NCBI GenBank assembly: GCA_965660855.1
Contig: CBFIBM010000002.1
Location: forward strand, 64,973 to 128,972
From: an uncultured bacterium
GTDB lineage: Bacteria; Fidelibacterota; Marinisomatia; Marinisomatales; UBA1611
Direction of reading: 5' to 3'
Length of the DNA stretch: 64,000 nt
Positions within the stretch are counted from its first letter, which is position 1. Every line of letters starts with the position of its first letter. The translations under genes and the position numbers were made by a program. Positions 21,386 through 31,848 of this stretch are shown here, in pieces. The notes beneath the pieces were generated by a model. It did no database searches, was not told the origin of the DNA, and was given only the letters and a program-made list of their open reading frames with translations.

Positions 21386-24300
21386 ATGAAGGTAAAACCG
21401 AGACATATTTTATTACGCATTAAAAAGGGTATTTTATATCCATCACTTGTAGCTACACTACTAAGTACAGTAGCGTGTGATTTTGATATTCCAAATAAAT
21501 TTGAAATGCCTACCTGGTATTTGGAATTAAAGATTCCTCTTCTACAAACAAAACTTCCCATGACAGACCTTGTCGATTCATTAACAATTTTCCCTAAGGA
21601 TAGTCTAGGATTTCAAATTATTCAATCTGGATCGATGCCAGCAACAGAGCTTCCAACTTTGCCTTCAATTCCAGTAGGGCTTGACCAAGCAATTTCATCA
21701 GGTGAAATTCCAGGAGTTTCGCTTAATATACCCATTCCACTTCCTGACCCAGTTGAAACAAAAATACCAGTTGTTAATACAGAAATACAATATTTAGATA
21801 CAACAGATATAAAAGATCCTTTAACTGGTATTATCCTTGCTGATTATACGCCTTTTAATTTTCCTAACTTGGATACAGTAGTGATGGATTCTCAGACATA
21901 TAATGCATTAATTGTAGCTCCTTTTAATATAATTGTTGAAGGAATATTTACTGATTTAGCTACACAAATTGAAATTGGTTTATCAAATATCGAGCCTCCC
22001 TCAGACCCACCAATTATAGCAAGTATTGATACTTTAATCATCGCTACCGATGAAGAAAATAGTATTTACAGAACATTATTTAAAAATAATTACATTCCAA
22101 CAAATGTTGAGGGAATTTTTTCGCATTTGGTTACAGGAAATTTTCAGCCATTGCAAGATACTCTAGCTAATCATAATAAAGTACCATCACTAAGTAATGG
22201 TGAAACATACGCGGATACAACATCTTTATCTGGAAAAGGATTAACTAATTTTCTTAAAATAGCAAGTAGCCTCTCACTTCAAAAAGCAACTACAGAATAT
22301 ATTACAATTCCACCTTTACTAGAACCTGATTTGATGTGGGTCGATTTTCATTTTTTATTTAGTATACCTGGGATAGGAGCTATAGATATAACAACAAATA
22401 ATTATTCAATGTCAGATGGAATCGAAATGCCAGATATGAGATTGCCTGAGATGGATATGTCAGAATCAGGTATTACAAAAATGGAAATTTATAGAAATAT
22501 AATTAAATCAGCTGAGCTTGGAGCCTTAGATTTTGAAAATAAATTAATAATTCAAAATTTAGCTAGTACTTTTCCTTTTGATTTAGAATTTTTATTAGAT
22601 TTTCAAAACTTTTTCCCACCAAGTGGAAATGAGTTAGTTCGAATTGATACTATTTTAAGAGCTGGCGTAGAAATTAATAAAATATTTAACTTAGCCGGAG
22701 ATACTTTACAAAGTATTGTTCCGGATAATAATAATGATTCTTGGCCAGATAGTGCATTTACAAGTTTTGATCTAATTTTAGATATTACGGTACCTACTCA
22801 AAAAGCTAGAATTCCTCTTGATGGTACTCCCCTTGGTGAGTTTACTATGAACATGAACCTACAGCAATTGTCTTTCTCTGAAATTGGTGCCAATATGTAT
22901 ATGGAAATGCCTGCAGATGAAACTTCCCAAGAATTTCCTCCAGGATTTACAGGTGCAATACCTACAGAAGCAGAGTTTAATTTAATATTTAAAAATCAGA
23001 TTCAGCTTCCAATTCAGATGTCTATGCAATTTAAAGGTTATAACTCTTTAGGTGAGTTAACATATGTACCTGTCAATATTGATACAATGGGTCTTCCATT
23101 AACAAGTAGTGATTTGGATACGGCGGTTACAGTAATTTCATTAAATAAATTAGGGACGACAATTTCTATTTTTAATGAAATTGATTTATTTAATTCATAT
23201 TTATTAGATCCTTTGGAAGTATCTCCTTCATTTACAAAAACAGAAGTTCCATGCGATACTTGTTCATCTATAATTGATTTATTAGCATCTAACCCTGTAC
23301 AATTGGTAATAGTTCCAGAAGTTAAAATTGATGGACGAGGATCTATTACTGCAAATAAAGCAATAGCTGGTGGATTTGAAGTAAAAATACCATTTATTCT
23401 ACAAATAGAGCCAATGGCCTTTTTAGGAGGAACTGCTACGGAGATTAAGCCATTTGATCATCAAACTAGATATAAAATAAGAAATAGCCTTTTAGAGACT
23501 AGTCTAGTATCAACAATCACCAATGCAATGCCATTTGGTGCTGAGGTGTCTGTATTGATGAGTAATTTAGAATTTTTTCCTACAGATACATCTAGAGAAC
23601 AGTTAAACTTTTTTCGAGATACTTTAATAAGTCAAGGTAAATTATCTATGGGAGATAGTTTATATATTGTTAGAGAGTGCAATGAAATATCTCCTGATAG
23701 CAGTGCAGTTTATGTCTTTAATGTAATGACAGATTTTTCTGATTGTATAAATGGCTTACCATATATTGTAAAATCTAATGGTGTATCAAGAGATACAATA
23801 TTTTCTTACGTAGATACATTATTTAAATTTACTCTTCCAGATCCAGAATCCTATTATGGTGCAAATGATACTACTGGATATCCCCAAGGTATGGTAGCTA
23901 TCCCTGGAACTGGGGTTTATCCAAGCACTATTGACACCTCTCAGATTTTTCTGTTAACTGACTTTGGTTCTCATTACACTATGCCAAGATTTTATTTACC
24001 CGGAACTGGAAATAAATCTGTTTTTCTATCCAAAGATGATTACTTGGATATAAGCTCATTTATAACATTTACATTAAGTAGCTCTGGCGCTTTTGGGTCT
24101 GCAGCTAATGAATTACTAATAATTTCACCAAATGGAACAGAAACTTTTTATGATGATGAAGAATTGAATATAAAGTGGGTAGCATTAGGGGAAAGCGAAG
24201 AAAAAGTTGATTTATTTTATTCAACTTCAACTGATTCCAGTACTTATAAAAAAAGCTTGGATTCATGTAAGCAAACTACTGATTGGATTTTAATAGAAAA

Positions 24301-24511
24301 TGGGTTGACCAGTGTAGCAGATACAAATTCATATTCTTGGTCACTATCTAATCTCTCCTTTCAGGACTCGTTAAAAATTAGACTTAAAGTAGTGTACTCT
24401 AATGGTGAAGCTTGTGATATCAACGGTTATTTTGTGAATATAAAGAAAAGGTCTCTTTCTAGGGGATTTGCAATATCTAGAAAGTATAAAGTCAGTAGTA
24501 GTTTCAAATGA
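21386..24511 (+). CDS. Large hypothetical predicted lipoprotein (1041 aa, beta-rich)
   Basis: Basic N-terminus, hydrophobic stretch, lipobox-like LSTVAC followed by acidic residue; C-terminal ISPNG.E...IKW Ig-like module; no enzyme motif recognised. Confidence 0.65.
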   Translation: MKVKPRHILLRIKKGILYPSLVATLLSTVACDFDIPNKFEMPTWYLELKIPLLQTKLPMTDLVDSLTIFPKDSLGFQIIQSGSMPATELPTLPSIPVGLDQAISSGEIPGVSLNIPIPLPDPVETKIPVVNTEIQYLDTTDIKDPLTGIILADYTPFNFPNLDTVVMDSQTYNALIVAPFNIIVEGIFTDLATQIEIGLSNIEPPSDPPIIASIDTLIIATDEENSIYRTLFKNNYIPTNVEGIFSHLVTGNFQPLQDTLANHNKVPSLSNGETYADTTSLSGKGLTNFLKIASSLSLQKATTEYITIPPLLEPDLMWVDFHFLFSIPGIGAIDITTNNYSMSDGIEMPDMRLPEMDMSESGITKMEIYRNIIKSAELGALDFENKLIIQNLASTFPFDLEFLLDFQNFFPPSGNELVRIDTILRAGVEINKIFNLAGDTLQSIVPDNNNDSWPDSAFTSFDLILDITVPTQKARIPLDGTPLGEFTMNMNLQQLSFSEIGANMYMEMPADETSQEFPPGFTGAIPTEAEFNLIFKNQIQLPIQMSMQFKGYNSLGELTYVPVNIDTMGLPLTSSDLDTAVTVISLNKLGTTISIFNEIDLFNSYLLDPLEVSPSFTKTEVPCDTCSSIIDLLASNPVQLVIVPEVKIDGRGSITANKAIAGGFEVKIPFILQIEPMAFLGGTATEIKPFDHQTRYKIRNSLLETSLVSTITNAMPFGAEVSVLMSNLEFFPTDTSREQLNFFRDTLISQGKLSMGDSLYIVRECNEISPDSSAVYVFNVMTDFSDCINGLPYIVKSNGVSRDTIFSYVDTLFKFTLPDPESYYGANDTTGYPQGMVAIPGTGVYPSTIDTSQIFLLTDFGSHYTMPRFYLPGTGNKSVFLSKDDYLDISSFITFTLSSSGAFGSAANELLIISPNGTETFYDDEELNIKWVALGESEEKVDLFYSTSTDSSTYKKSLDSCKQTTDWILIENGLTSVADTNSYSWSLSNLSFQDSLKIRLKVVYSNGEACDINGYFVNIKKRSLSRGFAISRKYKVSSSFK

Positions 24512-25851
24512 AATATTTTCTAATTATTATTTTTATTATAACAAACTTGAATATTAAATCTCAAACAAAAAGGGATCCTCGTGTAGTTGGAATGGCTGGT
24601 GCATACACAACCATAGCAAATGGAATTTTTTCAATTGGTTACAATCCCGGTTTAATTGGTCTTCAACAACATGATCCAATGATGATACAAGGATTTCAGT
24701 TGGATTTTGGTATTCTTGGAAACTTTTTCTCAATAGAAAATATAGCTCAATACAGTGGAGATACACTTAATACAAGAGAGAAAAATAAATTGTTCAAAGA
24801 ATTAAAAGATGAAGATGGATTATCTTTTTTTATGGATACACATATGCCAATACCATTGTTGAATATCTCAAAAGGAAACATGGCTTTTACTGCAAATAAT
24901 ATTATTTTACAAAATTATAGACTTCCATTAGGCCTACTTGAATTTATATTTTACGGTAACGGACAAAAAGATAATTTAGACCTTGAATTTAATTATGAAA
25001 TAGTGGGACTTAATGAATTTGGATTTTCTTTTGGAATTCCCTTCAAAAGTATGTCTTGGGGAGTTACGGCCAAGTATATGCAAGGTCTCTTTTATTTAGG
25101 AGTTGATGAGGATTCGTCATCCTCAACTCTTATTACAGATGATTTAGGAATTTATGGTTCAGGAAATTATATAATAAGGCAGGGTGTTGGTGGATCAGGG
25201 TTTGGATTTGATTTAGGAGTAGTTTCTAGGCCGTATAAAGGATGGCAATTTGGAGCTTCAGTAATAAATTTGACAGGAAGTATCAGATGGAAGCAGGGAG
25301 GTGGTGAATCGACGAAAAGTCTCAATCCATTAACCTCTTCTTTTTATCCCTTTCAATGGGGCGATAGTACTCTTAACTCAAATGAATCTATTTTATATAC
25401 ATTTCAGATTGATACAATAAGAGCAGATAAACTAAGTGAGGGTGAATTATTTACCAATGAAACATCTTTTTTTGTTCCAAAGAATACCACTGAATTTGTT
25501 ACAAGAGTTCCGGCTATTTTTAGGTTAGGTGCAAGTCGTAAAATGGATAGTTTTTTAATAGCTTCTGATTTAGTAGCGGGTTTTGAAAATTCATATTATG
25601 CAAGAAAACAATGGAAGTGGTCAATTGCAACTGAATGGTCAAAAATTGAGACCGTTCCAATGCGTATTGGATTTGGATGGGGAGGTGGAGATTTTAAAGA
25701 ATTAGGAATGGGATTTGGACTTAAAAAAGGTCCTATTATGTTTGATTTAGGGTTTTCTTTTCGAAATGGAATGTGGTTACATACAATGAAAGGATTTAAC
25801 TTTTCATTTGGATTTACTTATGTTGGTAAAGAGAAAAAGAAGAGTGGATAA
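24508..25851 (+). CDS. Outer-membrane beta-barrel protein, FadL/PorV/DUF5723-like
   Basis: Signal peptide; N-terminal DPRVVGMAGAY...NPG motif; amphipathic strands (GFGFDLG, MRIGFGWG, FDLGFSF); ATGA overlap with upstream gene. Confidence 0.7.
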   Translation: MKYFLIIIFIITNLNIKSQTKRDPRVVGMAGAYTTIANGIFSIGYNPGLIGLQQHDPMMIQGFQLDFGILGNFFSIENIAQYSGDTLNTREKNKLFKELKDEDGLSFFMDTHMPIPLLNISKGNMAFTANNIILQNYRLPLGLLEFIFYGNGQKDNLDLEFNYEIVGLNEFGFSFGIPFKSMSWGVTAKYMQGLFYLGVDEDSSSSTLITDDLGIYGSGNYIIRQGVGGSGFGFDLGVVSRPYKGWQFGASVINLTGSIRWKQGGGESTKSLNPLTSSFYPFQWGDSTLNSNESILYTFQIDTIRADKLSEGELFTNETSFFVPKNTTEFVTRVPAIFRLGASRKMDSFLIASDLVAGFENSYYARKQWKWSIATEWSKIETVPMRIGFGWGGGDFKELGMGFGLKKGPIMFDLGFSFRNGMWLHTMKGFNFSFGFTYVGKEKKKSG

Positions 25852-25880
25852 ATCCCACAAACGAAAGGAATTATATAATC

Positions 25881-26984
25881 CTAAGTTTTTGCACGCCATA
25901 ATAAGAATAGACCACATAAAAAAAATACAATATTTCCAATCCATGCGGATAATAAAGGTCCAATTATTCCTTTAAAACCCAGAGATTGACCAAATTTTAT
26001 GAATGCGTAGTATCCAAAAATAACAAAAACACTAGCGCCTGCTCCAAAAGACAGACTATTTTCTTCTTTATATAAAACTAATGGAATTCCAAACAAAACA
26101 ACAATTAAATTTGTAAATGCAAAGGATATTTTCATGTAGCGAGTTACTTCCCACTTGATTGTATCTACTCCATTACTTTTGAGTTCATTAATTCTGCTGG
26201 TTAACTTAAAAAAATCAAGTTCGTCAGGTTTTCTTGCCTGTTTTTGAATTTCTTGAGGTGTAAACCCAAGGTCAATTAAAGTATCTGACTTACTTATTAT
26301 AGTTGAGTCCTCAATTCCATTTAAATTAAAAATTCTTAATGAATAATCAGCCATTATCCATTTATTTGATTCATTATCCCATTCAATTTTTTTCGCGTCT
26401 ATTCTTTCTTTCATTGCTCCTTCTTTTAATTCAATTATGGTTAAATCATTACCAAATTGTTTCTTAATGGAATAATATGAAAGAGAAATGTGATTGGTGG
26501 ATTCTTTTTGGAGAAAAATATTTTTAAGTGAATTTTTCAGTTTATGCCTAGATTTTCTCTTTACATAATCTCTATCAATTTCAAACCTCTTTTCATTTCC
26601 ATATGAAACTAAGAGGTTATCAAGAGAGAATGAAATTGCAGAGATGATAAATCCTAGAATTAAAAGAGTAGATGTTATCCTGTATAAACTAATCCCGGAT
26701 GCTTTGATAGCTGTCCATTCATTTTTCTTAACCATCGTACCAATACTAAAAATCGTTGATAGTAAAACAGACATTGGCAAGCCAATACTTATAAAGTATG
26801 GTATTGTGTATATGTAATATTTAAAAACAATATAAAAAGAAACCTTATTATCCATAAAACGGTCTAAATTTTCAATAAGATCAACAATTAAAAATATTGA
26901 AACAAATCCAAAGACTGATAGTCCGAGAATTACTAAAAATTGATGAATGATATATTGGTCTAACTTTTTTAACATTAAATTCAT
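25881..26984 (-). CDS. lptG: LptF/LptG family LPS export permease
   Basis: LDQYI, LPMSVLLS, NEWTAIKASGIS, periplasmic beta-jellyroll region, AWIGN. Confidence 0.88.
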   Translation of the reverse strand: MNLMLKKLDQYIIHQFLVILGLSVFGFVSIFLIVDLIENLDRFMDNKVSFYIVFKYYIYTIPYFISIGLPMSVLLSTIFSIGTMVKKNEWTAIKASGISLYRITSTLLILGFIISAISFSLDNLLVSYGNEKRFEIDRDYVKRKSRHKLKNSLKNIFLQKESTNHISLSYYSIKKQFGNDLTIIELKEGAMKERIDAKKIEWDNESNKWIMADYSLRIFNLNGIEDSTIISKSDTLIDLGFTPQEIQKQARKPDELDFFKLTSRINELKSNGVDTIKWEVTRYMKISFAFTNLIVVLFGIPLVLYKEENSLSFGAGASVFVIFGYYAFIKFGQSLGFKGIIGPLLSAWIGNIVFFLCGLFLLWRAKT

Positions 26985-27026
26985 AGTGAATTTGATAATA
27001 ATGAATGAAAAATAAAAAGGTTCAGA

Positions 27027-28388
27027 ATGGTTTTTTATAATATCTTAAATAATTCAATTTCGCAGCTTTCAAGTATGCTTTGGAGCATGCCATTAGTTAT
27101 ACTTCTTCTTGGAGGCGGTATTTTTTTCTCTTTTTATAGTCGTTTCACTCCATTACTTTACTTTAAACATGCTTTATTAGTTTTAATGGGTAATTATGAT
27201 TCCGATGATGATCCAGGTCAAATAACTCATTTTCAGGCATTATCAAGTGCACTCGCTGGTACTGTAGGGATGGGTAATATTGCGGGAGTAGCTGTAGCAA
27301 TAAACACGGGTGGTCCAGGGGCAGTTTTTTGGATGTGGATTACTGCTGTAATAGGAATGAGTACAAAATTTTTTACTTGTACTCTTGCATTGATGTATAG
27401 AGGCTACGATGATCAAGGTGAGATACAAGGCGGTGTCATGTATTATATCCAGGAAGGTTTGGGCCAAAAATATAAATTTTTAGCTAAAATGTTTAGTGCT
27501 TCAGGCTTATTTGGATGTATTTGTTTTTTTCAAGCAAACCAGTTAGCACAAATTGTAAAAGATTTTTTTTATACTCCTTTAGATTTATTTCAAGAGAACC
27601 CATTTACTGGAAATTTAATTACCGGTCTAATTATTGCAGTTATAGTTGGAAGTGTAATTTTTGGAGGAATTCAGAGGATTGCAAAGGTTGCTAGTCGGCT
27701 AGTACCGACAATGGTAGCGCTATATTTTTTAGCTGCTATGATTATTCTAAGTAAAAATTTTATAGAAATACCTAAAATATTAAGTTTAATCATTTCTGAC
27801 GCATTCTCAGGTAAAGCGGTTGCAGGCGGTGCAGTAGGAAGTGTAATTATAATTGGGGTAAAAAGAGGTTTGTTTTCAAATGAGGCAGGTACTGGTACCG
27901 AAACAATGGCTCATGGTGCTGCTAAAACAAAAGAACCTGTAAGAGAAGGTTTAGTAGCAATGTTAGGACCATTTATTGATACTATAATTGTATGTTCGAT
28001 TACAGCTTTTATAATATTAATCAGTGGTGTATACGTAGAAAATTTAAATGGGGTAAGTATGACAGCTGCTGCATTTAAAATGGAATTAGGTATTCCAGGA
28101 CAGGTATTTCTTTCTATAGCAGTTCTCACATTTGCATTTTCAACTATGTTTGGTTATTCATATTATGGACAAAAATGTGTTTCATATCTTTTTGGAACAA
28201 AATGGAAAAAACCATATAATTGGTTCTATGTATTAATGCTTATAATCGCATCTATTTCATCCATAGATATAGCAGTAAATTTTGTAGATAGTGCATATGC
28301 ATTAATGGTGATACCCACAATGTTTAGTTCATTGGCTCTTGCTCCCAAAGTTATGAAAGAAGCAAAGAGATATTTTTCAACTATTTAA
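27027..28388 (+). CDS. Alanine/glycine:cation symporter (AGCS, AlsT-like)
   Basis: FQALSSALAGTVGMGNIAGVA, GGPGAVFWMW, RGLFSNEAG. Confidence 0.92.
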   Translation: MVFYNILNNSISQLSSMLWSMPLVILLLGGGIFFSFYSRFTPLLYFKHALLVLMGNYDSDDDPGQITHFQALSSALAGTVGMGNIAGVAVAINTGGPGAVFWMWITAVIGMSTKFFTCTLALMYRGYDDQGEIQGGVMYYIQEGLGQKYKFLAKMFSASGLFGCICFFQANQLAQIVKDFFYTPLDLFQENPFTGNLITGLIIAVIVGSVIFGGIQRIAKVASRLVPTMVALYFLAAMIILSKNFIEIPKILSLIISDAFSGKAVAGGAVGSVIIIGVKRGLFSNEAGTGTETMAHGAAKTKEPVREGLVAMLGPFIDTIIVCSITAFIILISGVYVENLNGVSMTAAAFKMELGIPGQVFLSIAVLTFAFSTMFGYSYYGQKCVSYLFGTKWKKPYNWFYVLMLIIASISSIDIAVNFVDSAYALMVIPTMFSSLALAPKVMKEAKRYFSTI

Positions 28389-29264
28389 ATTTCCATGTAA
28401 CAGGCACCAACCTTTCATTTCGTCAATTAATTTTAAATCAATCCATTCTTTATACTTCTCAATAATTGTATCTACTTGATTAATTAATATTCCGGATAAT
28501 AATATTTCTCTTTTAGTTAAAATTTTAAAATCTTTTGACAAACTAATTAGAATGGATGCAAGAATATTTGATATAACAATATCATATTTATTTTGAAGAT
28601 TAAAATCTTTGGGTAACCAATATTTAATATCAACTTCATTTAAAAAATTGTTATAATTAGCATTTTTAATTGCATTCGAGTCAATCTCTACACCAGTTAC
28701 CTGACAATTAAAGATCTTATTTGAAGCTATGGATAGAATACCAGATCCAGAACCATAGTCAAGTAACCTAGTATTTCTTTTTAATTTTTTTTCAATCCAT
28801 TTAAGACAAAGTTTTGTTGTCGGGTGCGAACCAGTACCAAATCCACCACCAGGTTCAATTTTTATGGTATTTCCCTGAAAATTTTTATCTTTAACCCATG
28901 AGGGAATAATTCTTAATGAATTAGATATTCTAATTTCTTTAAACATTGATTGAGTATATGTTACCCAGTCCTGATCTTCGAATATTTCTTCGCGGTAGAA
29001 AGGTTCTTGCATTAATCCAAGGATTGATTTTACTTCAGAAATTAATTTATTTGTTGAAACCTTACCATCTACAAGCAAAATAATTTTGTGAGTTTCATTA
29101 CTTATTTTAGATGGACTTTTGGGATCATCGAACCAATCAGATTCATTTAAAATTCTTTTATCTTGAATTGTTACAGAAGTAACATTCAAATATGAGAGTG
29201 TTTGAAAAGCCTCTTTAAGATCATAGTTATCTAAAATAAGACTTATATTTTTCCAGTGGCTCAT
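28377..29264 (-). CDS. prmA: Ribosomal protein L11 methyltransferase
   Basis: DQDW, PGGGFGTGSHPTT, LDYGSGSGIL, SNIL, LSGI. Confidence 0.93.
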   Translation of the reverse strand: MSHWKNISLILDNYDLKEAFQTLSYLNVTSVTIQDKRILNESDWFDDPKSPSKISNETHKIILLVDGKVSTNKLISEVKSILGLMQEPFYREEIFEDQDWVTYTQSMFKEIRISNSLRIIPSWVKDKNFQGNTIKIEPGGGFGTGSHPTTKLCLKWIEKKLKRNTRLLDYGSGSGILSIASNKIFNCQVTGVEIDSNAIKNANYNNFLNEVDIKYWLPKDFNLQNKYDIVISNILASILISLSKDFKILTKREILLSGILINQVDTIIEKYKEWIDLKLIDEMKGWCLLHGNLNS

Positions 29265-29284
29265 AGATTAGTAATTTACGACCT

Positions 29285-30181
29285 ATGATAAATCGTAGCG
29301 AATTAAAAACTGAGCAACAGAATAATAATTCTAAAAATATTGATTCAATGTCAATATCAAATATTCTTCAAACAATAAATGGAGAGGACCATAAAATTGC
29401 TTCAATTATAGAGGAGTCAATACCGAAGATAGAGAAAATAGTACATCACACACTTAAATCAGTAAAATCTGGTGGTCGAGTTTTCTATATTGGTGCTGGA
29501 ACTAGTGGAAGGCTAGGAGTCCTAGATGCTTCTGAATTACGACCAACTTTCTCTTTAGAGAAGAATATATTTATTGCTTTAATTGCAGGTGGAGATAAAG
29601 CACTCAGAAATTCAGTCGAAGGAGCTGAGGATGATAAGCAATCAATTATTAAGGAACTAAAGTCATATAACATAACAAAAAACGATACAATTATAGGAAT
29701 ATCATGTAGTGGGGCAGCAGATTATGTTGTAACTGGTTTATCTTATGCGAGGAAATCAAAGGCAAAAACTGTTTATATAGTAACCAATCCCAAGCCTCTT
29801 TATATGGTAAATGTAGATATTTTATTGACACTAGATACGGGACCTGAAATACTTGCAGGTTCTACTAGAATGAAGGCGGGCACTGCTACGAAAATGGTTT
29901 TGAATATGATTTCAACCTCTACCATGATTAGATTAGGAAAAGTTTATGGAAATTTGATGGTAGATTTAATGGCTGTGAATAAAAAATTACTCGATAGGGG
30001 TTTACGAATAATTTCACAAGTTAGAGGACTTAATTATGAAGAATCTGAAGTATTGTTAAAAAATGCAAATTATTCTGTAAAATGTGCAATTGTTATGAGC
30101 TTTTTAAATTGCTCTCTAAAAGAAGCTAAAAAAGAACTTGAATCCTCAAATGGTTTTTTATCTAAGGTATTAAATGGATAA
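29285..30181 (+). CDS. murQ: N-acetylmuramic acid 6-phosphate etherase
   Basis: GAGTSGRLGVLDASE, EGAED, GPEILAGSTRMKAGTA, GKVYGNLMVD. Confidence 0.95.
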   Translation: MINRSELKTEQQNNNSKNIDSMSISNILQTINGEDHKIASIIEESIPKIEKIVHHTLKSVKSGGRVFYIGAGTSGRLGVLDASELRPTFSLEKNIFIALIAGGDKALRNSVEGAEDDKQSIIKELKSYNITKNDTIIGISCSGAADYVVTGLSYARKSKAKTVYIVTNPKPLYMVNVDILLTLDTGPEILAGSTRMKAGTATKMVLNMISTSTMIRLGKVYGNLMVDLMAVNKKLLDRGLRIISQVRGLNYEESEVLLKNANYSVKCAIVMSFLNCSLKEAKKELESSNGFLSKVLNG

Positions 30182-31208
30182 GAAAAGATTATATAACAAA
30201 ATAAATAAATCAGTTTTAATAGAATCCTTAAAAAATGAAAAATTTAAAAGAATAACTGCTTCTTTTTATAAGTATATCATAATTAATGAACCTCAAAAAT
30301 TCCGTGATTTTTTATACATTTCATTTCATAAACATAAAATTTTTGGAAGAATTTACATTGCAGTCGAAGGTATAAATGCTCAGGTGAGTGTTCCTGAAAA
30401 AAAGTGGATTTTATTTTTAAATATAATAAATCAGATAAAAGAACTTAGAGATATACACATAAAAAAAGCATTACAAGAAGGAAATTCATTTTATAAACTA
30501 ACAATTAAAGTTAGGGAAGAACTTGTTGCATATAACTTATTAGAAAATGAATATGATATTGATAAAGTAGGTAGACATTTAGATAGTGAGGAATACAATT
30601 CTGCGCTAGATAATCCAAATACTACGATAGTTGATATGCGAAATTATTATGAAAGCGAAGTAGGCCAATTTAAAAATGCCATAATCCCAGATGCAGAGAC
30701 CTCTAAGGAACTACTTCCTAAAGTAAAAAAACTTCTAAAAGGTAAAGAGAGGGATAAAATTTTACTTTATTGCACCGGAGGAATTAGGTGTGAAAAAGCT
30801 AGTTCATACTTAATTAAAAATGGATTTAAAGATATAAACCAATTGCAAGGTGGGATTATCCAATATGCACATGATATGAAGGAAAAAAATATAAAGTCTA
30901 AATTCATTGGGAAAAACTTTGTTTTTGATAATCGTCTTGGCGAAAGAGTCACGGATGACGTGATATCAAAATGTCATATATGTCAAGAATCTTGTGATAA
31001 TCATACAGACTGCAAAAATGATGCTTGTCATATTTTATTTATTCAATGTGAAAAGTGTAATAAAAAATTCAGGGGTTGTTGTTCGGATGAATGTAAAAAC
31101 TTTACATTGCTACCTAATGAAGATCAGAAAAAAAGAAGAAAAAATGCAAGAAAAATAATTTCAAAAACATTTTTTGATTCAAGGATTAAACCAAAGCTGA
31201 GATCATAA
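30174..31208 (+). CDS. trhO: Rhodanese-domain tRNA uridine(34) hydroxylase (TrhO/YceA)
   Basis: EGINAQ, DMRNYYE..G.F, YCTGGIRCEK, GKNFVFD.R, Cys-rich C-terminus. Confidence 0.92.
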   Translation: MDKKRLYNKINKSVLIESLKNEKFKRITASFYKYIIINEPQKFRDFLYISFHKHKIFGRIYIAVEGINAQVSVPEKKWILFLNIINQIKELRDIHIKKALQEGNSFYKLTIKVREELVAYNLLENEYDIDKVGRHLDSEEYNSALDNPNTTIVDMRNYYESEVGQFKNAIIPDAETSKELLPKVKKLLKGKERDKILLYCTGGIRCEKASSYLIKNGFKDINQLQGGIIQYAHDMKEKNIKSKFIGKNFVFDNRLGERVTDDVISKCHICQESCDNHTDCKNDACHILFIQCEKCNKKFRGCCSDECKNFTLLPNEDQKKRRKNARKIISKTFFDSRIKPKLRS

Positions 31209-31209
31209 A

Positions 31210-31848
31210 TTGAGAACTCCAATTTTATACTCATTTAGGCGATGCCCTTATGCAATGAGAGCAAGGATGTCTCTTTCTTATAGTTATATAAAATATGAAC
31301 ATCGAGAAATTTTATTAAAGGCACGACCCCAAGCTCTTTATGATATTTCACCGAAGGGAACAGTTCCTGTTTTAATATTAGATGGAAACAATGTTATTGA
31401 TGAGAGTATTGATATTATGAAATGGGCTTTGAAAAATTCTGATAAAGATAGTTGGTATAAAAATAATATTGAAAAACAAGATAAGCTCATATTTAATAAT
31501 GATAATAGTTTTAAAAAAAAGTTAGATAATTATAAGTACCATATTCGTTTTCCTGAGCTGACATTTGAAGAACATAGAAAAAATATTACTAAAGATTTAA
31601 TAGTATATAATAAAATTTTAGAAAAAAATACATATTTGATAAAAAATAATATTACACTCACTGATATTGCTATTTTTCCATTCATTAGGCAATGTGCACA
31701 TGTAGACATTAATTGGTTCAAAGAGCAATTTCCATTTCTTCATAATTGGTTACAAAGTTTTATTGATTCAAATTTATATCAATCAATAATGTATAAATAT
31801 CCAATTTGGGAAGAAGGGGGAAAAAAAATAATTATAAATGACGGTTAA
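31210..31848 (+). CDS. Glutathione S-transferase family protein
   Basis: LYSFRRCPYAMRAR, SPKGTVPVL, DIAIFPFIRQ; TTG start. Confidence 0.9.
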   Translation: MRTPILYSFRRCPYAMRARMSLSYSYIKYEHREILLKARPQALYDISPKGTVPVLILDGNNVIDESIDIMKWALKNSDKDSWYKNNIEKQDKLIFNNDNSFKKKLDNYKYHIRFPELTFEEHRKNITKDLIVYNKILEKNTYLIKNNITLTDIAIFPFIRQCAHVDINWFKEQFPFLHNWLQSFIDSNLYQSIMYKYPIWEEGGKKIIINDG

